A stretch of DNA of 64,000 bases. Source: a virus. Its lineage: Duplodnaviria; Caudoviricetes. Location of the stretch: IMG/VR virus record IMGVR_UViG_3300017912_002752. One strand, 5' to 3'. A program made the translations under genes and the position numbers. The notes under the pieces were generated by a model. That model was not told the origin of the DNA, searched no databases, and worked only from the letters and a program-made list of their open reading frames with translations. Below are positions 27,853 through 37,900 of this stretch, in pieces (the first letter of the stretch is position 1; each line of letters starts with the position of its first letter).

Positions 27853-30800
27853 TTAATAGAAAAGGCCAAGTATTTGATTGAGTGGTGCAAATGTACCTGT
27901 TAACTTGTATGTACCACCTTTATATGTAAATACAATACCTTCATTTGGTACTATCTTATCTCTACCACCAATACTTTTTAATCTTTCTAATTCCATTTTT
28001 AATTTTGCAATCTTTTTTGGGTCTCCAGACTTTTTAACATCACTAATTGTTTTATCCAATTGTTTCTGAATATCTCTAAGTGCCTTATCAGGATTTACTG
28101 TTAGTGCTGATGACATAAATGACAACACCTCTGCACCAAGTCCTAAGAATATATCTTCAAATGGTTTCATATTATTCTTAGATATTTTTGCGTGGTCTTG
28201 TTTATCGGTCTTGTTTGCCCAATCTAATGTTTTTTTATCTTTGATGAATTTATTATTCAATCTAAATGATTTATCGTAGAATGCCCATCGTTTTACTAAT
28301 CCCATCTTAGTTTTATTATCTAAAGTAGATGGTGAGTTTTTATCTATAAAATTACTCCACCATGCCTGATGATAATCTGCAACTCCATTAGAATCTTTTA
28401 GTTTAAATTCTTTTTGAAGTTTACTTACCTTAGATGAGTAAATCGACTTTTTATTTGATAAATCTTGACTTCTTGGTATTTTAACAACTGGCGGTCCTTG
28501 AATTGTATAATTCTTTTGAACATCTGCATTTACTTGTTTTATCATACCTGCTAAAACTTTAGCATCTGATGTATCTGCTCCAATTGCTTTTCCACTTTCA
28601 TCATATTCCATTGTTCCGTGGAATACTAATAGGGGCTGACCATATGGTACTACATTAACTGACTCCGGCCATATAACTTCAAGGTTCATAAATTTTGAGC
28701 CATCCTTGAATATTTTACTTCGTTGCGCATCGGAGAGTTTTGAAATGGCTGATTCTAAATCTCTCATTGCGAAATTATACGCATCGGTCAACCCACCTCT
28801 ATTAGCAAACTTATCTGCGACACCTTTGATGTCTAATGCGTTAAGTCCTCTGTCTTTGAGGTGTCCTTTATTTCTGGCGGCAATAATACCTCTATCTTTA
28901 CGATATGAGATTGCTAATGCCTGTCCATCTGTTTTCTCTCTTGTAAACTCTAATGTTCCTTCGAGAGCTTTTGATATGATTGTTTTTAAATCACCAAAAG
29001 TTAAATTGATTTCTGTATCGAATGGGTGATTCATATGTCCATATGCTCCACCTTCTGTAATTAGTCCTTCACCTAAGAAGTTTTCTTTTTCTTTGTTCTT
29101 AATCCATAATCCTATTTGTGGACCTTTGATATCTGATGGTACATCTCTACCACCAACTGATAAGTTAAATTTAACAAACTTATCCATATCCTTACCAATT
29201 AACTTTCCAAACTTTTTAATTTGGTCATCTGATAAAGATGTTTTGTTTTGTGCGTTTTTATATACAACAATATCATCAGGTCTAAATGACTGAAGTGATA
29301 CTAAGAATACTATATTGTTTTTTTCTTCGTTTGAGTATGTAAGTTTGTTTAATACTTTTGATAATACTACGGGTGAGTTTTTAGATAATATTGACGACAA
29401 GAATAAAATGTAATCATTATCATTTGGATATGGTTTTGATACTTTTAGATTTGGAAGTATCTGTTGTGTAAATCCAAGCTTATCACTTATCTCTAAATAC
29501 TTAGAAGGATTCTTTGCTTTCTTTATAGACTTAACAAACTCATCTCTGATTCTTTCAGCACTTATACCTTTTAGTGATGGGTCACTTTGAAGTGCGTCAT
29601 GTAGTTCTTTATCAAGTTTACCACCTGTACTTGCTTGGAATCTTAATGCTCTTAATTTTCTAAGTGGGTCTTCATCAAATCTTTCTGATGCTTTACCAAC
29701 TGTTCTAATGTTTTTCTTTTTAAGGTCTGCAATACCACCAACTAAATCAACGATTTCTTTTTTATCAATATCATAGAATAATGCGTTGATAGTTAAATCT
29801 CTTCTTCGTACATCACCTTCGATATCTGTATAATCAACTGACGATGGTCTTCTGCCTTTACCGATATCTTTTCTAAATGTTGCAATCTCATGACCACCTA
29901 CCATTACAACTCCAAATGATTTACCAACCTCAACAGTTTTCATTCCTGTGTCTTTTGCAATCTTTAAAACTTCATCAGGTTTTGCGTCTGTTGCCAAATC
30001 ATAATCTTTTGGTGATTTACCGAGTATTGCGTCTCTTACTGCTCCACCAACTACATATAGCTTTTTACCATTCTTTTTAAATGCTTTGTGAATCTTTTGA
30101 ATATCAGATGGTATCTTTAACAATTGTTTTGCTTCATTTATTAAATCGTATCTTTCTAAAGATTCTTTTAATGTACCTGTTGTTTCTTGTTCTTTCTTAG
30201 GTTCATCGTCAAGTAGATTCTCTCTATCTCTTTCACCACTCATAGGTTTGCCAGGTTCTAAGAAGTTTAAGAACTCATATCCTAATTGTAGTGCAACACC
30301 TTTAATATGGTCTGCCCATTTTTTATATGCCGCAAGACCTTGTAAATCATCACCATATCTTACTGATAATGCGTCAAGACCTGCTTTACCACTTGGAAAG
30401 AATGATACTTGATATCTACCTGGTCCTTTTGGGTATTCTGTATCTGTAAAAGATTCCATTGAGTCTTCATCCATTAGATAGTCTATAATATCATATCCGA
30501 GAGTTCCAATTACCTCTTCCATCTCAGACTTGAATGTTTTCATATCACCATATAAAAAACCTGGTCCATCGTCAACACCTTGTGAGTTACCACCAATTGA
30601 TGTATTCGTTGTTGATTCAGATAACATTTTATTAATATTGATTGTTTCAAAAAATGATTCCATTACGGATTCTAACTTTGATAATCTGCCTGAAATAAGA
30701 TTAAATATTTTTGGGTCAAACTTACCATATACTTTTTTGAAGAATGCTTTTCTTTTAGACTCATCACCTTTTGACATCCCATCACGAACTGCAGTTCCAC

Positions 30801-31275
30801 TTATGTTACCAAATGATGGTGATACATAAACATATCCTTTATCTTTGTAGCCAGTATCCACATCACCTTTTTTGTACATTGAGAAATATTTCTGATAACC
30901 TGGACTTGCTAATCTACTTGCATCTTTTTTTCCTACTACTGTAATGAATGCAGTTGTCTTTTCAGGAAACTTGTCCATTACTTCATTTGGAGCATATGGG
31001 TTTTTAACTTGAACAATTTTATTAGAAGGGATTCTAAACATTTTAGTCATCACTTCTTTTTTCTCTTTGAAATTAAAAGGATGCCTTGGACCACCTTGTT
31101 TATTTGATGTACCTATGAATACATTGTTTTTACCAAACTTACCAACAAGATGTTTGTAAACTTCAGCGTGACCAGAATGAAATGGTTGGAATCTACCTGA
31201 GTAGACCACCACTTCTTTTTTGATGTCTTCTTTTAGTATAGAGTCTACTACCCAATTTGTTAATGTTTGTCCCAT
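27853..31275 (-). CDS. Multidomain protein: HxGH nucleotidyltransferase + class II CCA-adding/poly(A) polymerase domain + ATP-dependent ligase-like domain
   Basis: GRFQPFHSGH...ISGTAVR; VGGAVRD...DYD, RRDLTINAL, EDPLR, ERIRDE; EKTDG, NLEV, EGIVF, YK. Confidence 0.8.
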   Translation of the reverse strand: MGQTLTNWVVDSILKEDIKKEVVVYSGRFQPFHSGHAEVYKHLVGKFGKNNVFIGTSNKQGGPRHPFNFKEKKEVMTKMFRIPSNKIVQVKNPYAPNEVMDKFPEKTTAFITVVGKKDASRLASPGYQKYFSMYKKGDVDTGYKDKGYVYVSPSFGNISGTAVRDGMSKGDESKRKAFFKKVYGKFDPKIFNLISGRLSKLESVMESFFETININKMLSESTTNTSIGGNSQGVDDGPGFLYGDMKTFKSEMEEVIGTLGYDIIDYLMDEDSMESFTDTEYPKGPGRYQVSFFPSGKAGLDALSVRYGDDLQGLAAYKKWADHIKGVALQLGYEFLNFLEPGKPMSGERDRENLLDDEPKKEQETTGTLKESLERYDLINEAKQLLKIPSDIQKIHKAFKKNGKKLYVVGGAVRDAILGKSPKDYDLATDAKPDEVLKIAKDTGMKTVEVGKSFGVVMVGGHEIATFRKDIGKGRRPSSVDYTDIEGDVRRRDLTINALFYDIDKKEIVDLVGGIADLKKKNIRTVGKASERFDEDPLRKLRALRFQASTGGKLDKELHDALQSDPSLKGISAERIRDEFVKSIKKAKNPSKYLEISDKLGFTQQILPNLKVSKPYPNDNDYILFLSSILSKNSPVVLSKVLNKLTYSNEEKNNIVFLVSLQSFRPDDIVVYKNAQNKTSLSDDQIKKFGKLIGKDMDKFVKFNLSVGGRDVPSDIKGPQIGLWIKNKEKENFLGEGLITEGGAYGHMNHPFDTEINLTFGDLKTIISKALEGTLEFTREKTDGQALAISYRKDRGIIAARNKGHLKDRGLNALDIKGVADKFANRGGLTDAYNFAMRDLESAISKLSDAQRSKIFKDGSKFMNLEVIWPESVNVVPYGQPLLVFHGTMEYDESGKAIGADTSDAKVLAGMIKQVNADVQKNYTIQGPPVVKIPRSQDLSNKKSIYSSKVSKLQKEFKLKDSNGVADYHQAWWSNFIDKNSPSTLDNKTKMGLVKRWAFYDKSFRLNNKFIKDKKTLDWANKTDKQDHAKISKNNMKPFEDIFLGLGAEVLSFMSSALTVNPDKALRDIQKQLDKTISDVKKSGDPKKIAKLKMELERLKSIGGRDKIVPNEGIVFTYKGGTYKLTGTFAPLNQILGLFY

Positions 31276-31288
31276 GTATATAAGTATC

Positions 31289-31609
31289 CTATCTTTTTAC
31301 AAACTTTGTAGGTATGAAATGTCTAAATTCAGAAATTGTTGGTTTTTCCAATTCTCCTGTTGCTATACTTCCTGTTGGCCACAGATTGTGTAATTCTTCT
31401 TCTGTTGAAAAAGATGATGTAGTGATTGTATCTGGAAAATTTCTTAAAAAGTTTTTTTGATTTACTACATTTTGTTTTTCATCTTCGTCATTGTTTTCTA
31501 ATGCTCTTTGATATGCAATATCTAACTCTTTAAGTTTTCTATCTCGTCTAAATCTAAAGTGTCCTTCAAATTTCCACAATGCAAATTCTTTATTAAAATA
31601 AAATCCCAT
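31289..31609 (-). CDS. Tail fibre assembly chaperone-like protein
   Basis: R..RDRKLKELD...RALE...K..LRNFP pattern; downstream of the giant fibre gene. Confidence 0.6.
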   Translation of the reverse strand: MGFYFNKEFALWKFEGHFRFRRDRKLKELDIAYQRALENNDEDEKQNVVNQKNFLRNFPDTITTSSFSTEEELHNLWPTGSIATGELEKPTISEFRHFIPTKFVKR

Positions 31610-31947
31610 TATACAATTCCTTTTTCTTCACAATATTCTTTAAATGTAAGGTTAAAAGAACCTGTAACAGGTCGAAGTGAACCACTTGGTATATAACTAC
31701 CACTAGCGAACCCATCGTAGTCGGTATCCCATGTCCATGAATAATCATCCAAATTTGGTGGTAATTCACTTCTTGTTACTATTTTGTATTTTACACCTGT
31801 TGGTAGGTCTCTTTTTGCAACCCATTCTAATCTTGCTTCAAAAACAGATGCCGTTGGGTGATTTTCCCAATGACCTGTTAATGATGTCAGAGCTAATGCG
31901 GTTACATCGTCTTCTCTATGTGATAGTATGTATTTTTTTTCTGCCAT
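31609..31947 (-). CDS. Small tail-fibre-associated protein
   Basis: AKRDLPTGVKYKIV..SELP...WTW motif; lies between the fibre and chaperone genes. Confidence 0.5.
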   Translation of the reverse strand: MAEKKYILSHREDDVTALALTSLTGHWENHPTASVFEARLEWVAKRDLPTGVKYKIVTRSELPPNLDDYSWTWDTDYDGFASGSYIPSGSLRPVTGSFNLTFKEYCEEKGIV

Positions 31948-31982
31948 AATCTTTTTTATTAAATATACAAAATTTTTTCTTA

Positions 31983-34900
31983 TTATCCAAATACTACAAA
32001 GTAGATTTCATATGGGTCTCTACTACCATCTGAGTTATTATCTCTAAAATGCCACCTGTATGAAGTACTATAATTTTCACATGCGTGGTCAGTACAAGTT
32101 TCATTATCATTATAGTTATTATATGCATATGTTGAACTATCACCGGCTCTACCATAACAACTTAACATCGGAGCTGCCTTTTCAGTACTTAAATTATTAT
32201 CTAATGAAACTTGGTAGTATTGGTTTCTATCAGTATTACCACCCGATGAACTTGAATTAGAATATCTTGTTACAGATGAAATATTAATATGAGGGTCATC
32301 AATTGTTAAACTATCATATGTTCCTGCATATTCAGTAGATACATTCATAGTTATTTTACACATAGCTCTTGTTAATGGATATGACCTCTCATTATAGTTA
32401 ATATTAGTATTATATTGACCATATACTTTTTCTGCTAGACCACCATCTGCGGTTGAAGTATATGGTTGGAAGTAATCAACTCTCATACCACCTATGACAT
32501 CAATTATTGGTCTTGCGTCAGAATCCGTTGTAGATGACATATCTACTCTAAATACTTTTTCGTTAGATTTGTTAACCTGTAACCCTGCGTTATTAATTTC
32601 TGTACCTTGTGTTAGTGGTGTAAGCTGAAAATAAGAATCCATATCAGTTTTTATCGAGTAAGTCCTATCACTATTATCACCACTATTACTGTACTGAGCT
32701 CTAGCGTAATAATATCTTTTAAATCTATAATATTTTGTACCAGATGTCATACTAAGAGTTGTTGATTTAGAAAAAAGATATGCTAATGAAGTTGTTGCTT
32801 GTTGAGGACCTTCTGCGGTGTTGTGTGACACTATATTATTTGAAATATAGTTAAACAAACCAGGAACAGAAAATGTATAAACTTGATGTTCACCAAATAT
32901 TATTTCTAAAGATGTAACTAATTCTAATTTTATGTTATCACCATCTTTTACAAATATTTTAGATTCACCTTCTATAAGTTCATGTGCATAAATTTCTTCT
33001 TCTCTTGTTATATAAAATCCGTGTGTTTCGGATACATCAACTGATTTTCCACTTTCGGTTGTTACTCTGTATATTTTATCTACCAATCTTGTTTTTACCG
33101 AAGTGATTTCAGATACCATGTTATATTTTTTGCACTCATCATCCCATGCACAAACATTATCACCTTCTTCGATATCTTTTGCTTTCTTAATTGAACCATC
33201 GCTCATTAACATATCAGTATCACCAACTACGGATTCTACTCCACCTTCTTCCCGTAATTCTTCTAATCCAGCTTCACCTGAAGAAATATCCCATCCATAT
33301 GCAGATAAAGTTTTTAAGAAAATAGTATGTTGCAGAGTGGTATTACTAAACGCAGAACCATTGTGTATTTCTAAATATAAGATTTGGACTGCGTATGAAC
33401 CTTGACCCTTTGCAACACATTGTGTACTGGTACTTCCACCATTATATGTAAAATTAAATTGGTGGTTTGTACTTGTATTGACATAGAAATTATCTTGTGT
33501 GTTTTGATGTGGATAATCTGTCACAGGTGAAACAGTTACTGTTCCACCACTTGCATTACCACTTAAAGTGTTCATCGCACTTGCGTACTTATATTCTGTA
33601 ATAGTTGAACCTGCTTGTGGAGATTGTAGACTTGAACCTGCGTTAATATTTACAAGTGGAGTTAAAGAACTATCTGATAAAATAATATTATAATTTTCAG
33701 CATCAAGTACCATTCTACTTCCACTTGCGGTAATAGACGATTCATCAATAGTAAACTTACCAAGCGTTGCTGAATCGGATACTATATCACCTGATATCGA
33801 TGCCGTTGTTGCATACATAGCACCATCTTGAGTTACATAGAATTTTCTTCTACTAACACCATCCGTACCTGTTTCGTAACTACCGATACCAATAGTACCA
33901 CCAAGAATTGTTGAACCTGATACCGTTCCAAAGAATTGAGCATCACCTGACCCACTTAATATAAACCCTGATGCCGAGATGTCCATAATCCCATTTGATG
34001 AACTAATATTTGCGTTAGGACCGCCTATGTACATATCACCATTAGCTGCGAGTGTGAAGTTATCTGATTTAACTTCTAATTTACCTGCAGTGTGATTAAA
34101 CCTCATATAGTTACCACTAGCTTTACCAACTGCAAATTGTGCATTTGGTCCATCTATAAGAACACCATTAACACTTGTATATGCATTATATCCACCAAAG
34201 TAAGCTTTACCATTATCAAGACTTAATATTGTACCTGTGTTTGAACCAATATTATTTGATTTAATTGTTCCTGCTGATATAGCATCACCGCTAATTGTAG
34301 TAGAACCACCACCACCTTGGAATTCCGTAACTTTAATATAATCTACAAATGTAATACCTGCTTGACTATTGTAGTTTACGAGAAACATTGGTGCGAATGC
34401 AGTTGCCTCATGGTCAAGTGTACCTGGGTCGGTTATATCATTATGTTGTCCACCATTACCAGAAGTACCCGTTCCTTTAAAGTAACCTTTGTATATTGTC
34501 CAATCAGAACCTACATTCACGCCTGATGCTGCGAAGTAGTGTTGAGACCCAAAACTATTAGTTCCCGAGTTGTTTACTTTAGTAAGTGTAGTTTGACCAT
34601 TATATGCATTAAATGATGTTTTATAACCTGTTACACCACAATAGAATGTACCTGAACCTGCGGTCTTTTTTACTCTTACTTCAATTTCATATAATGAAGT
34701 TGGATTAAATGGTATTACTGTATTTGAACTACCCCAATACATATCATCACCAGCATTATTACCTACTCTTAAAACTCTACCAAAAAATTGTCCATAATCA
34801 GCATTGTCAACTGGTGGAGTGGCGCCACCATCGTATTTGTAAAATCCAACTCCCGTACCATCTAATTTGGGGTTGTCACTTTGATTAGTATATGTATTAG

Positions 34901-37900
34901 GGTCAGCAAGTGATGCTTGACTGAAGTCTTCAAAGTATAATGAGTTTGGTGTGTTTCTACCTACAAGTTCAACATCACCACTAATTTTAATATTACCATT
35001 AGAACCACTAATAGATGTTAGTCCTCTACCAAAATAAAATTCTTGTACTGCGAAGTCAACACCTGAACCTGATATTAATAATGTTTTTTCAGTATTATCC
35101 CATGCAAAGTATCCTTTACCTAATGCACCTGAACCACTACCTAAATAGAAGTTACCTGAACTATCCATAAATGCACTAAAGTCAGATATCGATGCTGGCC
35201 CCGAACCTAATGTATTATGATATCCAAATACATCTGCGTTCATTACCAATCCTGCTGGCGCTGGAGTCGGAACTGACGATAATCCACTTGCTAAGAAACT
35301 AAAGTCTTGATTATCAGCACCTTGAGCACCTGCACTACCTTGAGCACCTGATGGACCTGTTGGACCTTGAGCACCTGCACTACCTTGTGAACCTGCACTA
35401 CCTTGTGAACCTGCCGTACCTTGAGCACCATCAGCACCATCCGTTCCGTCATCACCTTGTAATGCTACTGCGACTGACATTGTTTTATTTAATGTAACTG
35501 ATGCTGAAGTTGCAGTTACAACTACCGAACCACTAAATGGTGTTGTTGCTCCTGTAATAGTTACAGTATCACCTGATAACCCTGTTGTCATGTGGGAATC
35601 GGATGTTCTTGATATTGTAAAATTATCTGTTACATCTGTTACACCTTGAAATACAATTATGTCAGTACTTGCACCTGCGAATGATATAATATTACCCGAA
35701 CTACTTAATGGTAGTGTATGAGAGTCGTTAGTCAAGAAAGCGGTTAATGCACTTGTACCATCTGTACCATCAGCACCGCCAGTACCTTGAGCACCACCAG
35801 TACCTTGAGCACCTGCTCCACCTTGAGCACCTGCCGCACCATCTGTTCCACCTTGTACCTTAAATATTTTTAATGTATCAGATAAAGAATCTTTTGATAC
35901 TGATATTGTTAGTGGTAAATCAGTTTTACTAAATGATGAGAATGCTAATGAGAATGTTCGTGTTCCACTTCCATCCGATACAGAACCACCTAACGATGGA
36001 GTTGTAAATGTACTTCCACCTGCTTTAGTAATTGTGATATCACTTGTTGCTACTGTACCACTTAAGTTTTGTTGATTTATGGTTATATTTGCTGATGAGG
36101 GGTCTGCGGATGTATCTGCCGCATTGTCAAATGCAAATGTAGGTGTATCTGAAAGTATACTCAGTAATTTAGCCGTTGTACCATCAGTACCATCATCACC
36201 TTGTCTTGCAACTTGTAAAGACATCGTCTTACTTAGTGAAGTAGATGCCGAAGTTGCAGTAATTACTACCGAACCACTAAATGGTGCGGTTGCGTTTGTT
36301 ATTGTTACTGTATCGCCTGATAAAGTTGTTGTGATATGAGAATCTTGTGTCTTTGATATTGTAAAGTCATTGGTTACATCGGTTACACCTTGGAATACAA
36401 ATATATCTGTACTTGCACCTGCGAATGATATAATTTGATTTGATGAACTTAGTGGTAATGTATGAGAGTCATTTGATAAGAATGCACTCAATGCACTAAC
36501 ACCATCTGTACCATCTGTACCATCAGTACCTTGAGCACCTGCACCCCCTTGAGCACCTGCTGCACCATCCGTACCAGATGTACCACCTTCAACTTTAAAT
36601 ACCTTAGCTTCATCAGATAATGAATCCTTAGAAACAGAAATTGTTATTGGAAGATTTGTTTTGTCTGTATTTAGACCACCCGCATTAGTGTTACCTGTAA
36701 ATGTTACACTACCACTTACTATACCTGTACCATTTGATACATCTGTACTATTTAAACTAAAGTTTGTTACACTTCCACCGTTAGCAGTAGTAATTGAAAT
36801 ATCACCAGAACCTATTGTACCACTTAAATTTTGTTGGTTAATTGAAAATATAATATTTGCTGGGTCTGCAGAATTATCACTTGCACTAAGGAAACCAAAT
36901 ACAGGCGAATCTGTTGACACCGCCAATAATTTTGCAGATGTACCATCAGTACCATCAGTACCTTGTTTTGATTTAGCAAGTGACATTGTTTTACTTAATG
37001 AAACACTTGCAGAGGTTGCCGTAATTGTTATAGAACCACTATCATGGGTCAAACCTGTAACTGTTACTGTATTAGATGAAATGGTCGAAGTTACGCCTGT
37101 ACCATTTACTCTTGCGAATGTATAACTTGAATTTTTATTAGTTACACCCTCAAATACTTCCATATCAGTTACTGCGCCATCAAATGATGCGATGTTTCCA
37201 CTTGAGTCTGCCGCCAGAGTATGATTTTCGTTTGTTAAGAAAGCAGTTACTGCATCAGTACCATCTACACCATCTGTACCATCCCCACCTTGAGCACCTG
37301 CTGCACCATCTGCACCACCCTCAACCTTAAATACTTTTATATCATCACTTAATGAATCTTTTGCTACTGCAATAGTAATTGGTAAATCAGATTTAGATAC
37401 AACCTTTCCTGCGGCTGGACTTGCTCCGTTATCGAATGTAACACTACCACTTTGTTGTCCTGAACCTGCTACTACATTTCCACCCAATGAAGGTGTTGTG
37501 ATTGTTCCACCACCTGCTTTGGTAATAGTAATATCACCAGTTGTTAAAGGTGCACTTAAGTTTTGTTGATTAATTACAAAACTTATCGAACTTGGAGTTG
37601 ATGAAGTGTCTGAGGAGTCGTCAAATGCAAATACTTGAGAGTCTACTGTTACTGATAGTATTTTTGCATCAGAACCTGCGAGACCTGCAGTACCTTGTTT
37701 TGATTTAACCAAAGACATTGTTTTTGCAAGTTGTGTACTTGCACTCACTGCAGTAATTACTACCGAACCACTATCATGTCCTAATGCTGATATTGATAAT
37801 ACATTTCCATTTGCACCAGATAGTGTTGATGTTACTCCTGCACTACCTGTTCTACTATAAGTGTAGTTTGCAGTTGAGTCTGTAACACCTTCAAACACAA

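Noticed and set aside
32820-33233. Mobile homing intein
   Set aside because: Too short, with no LAGLIDADG or HNH motifs; reported as a Hint domain instead
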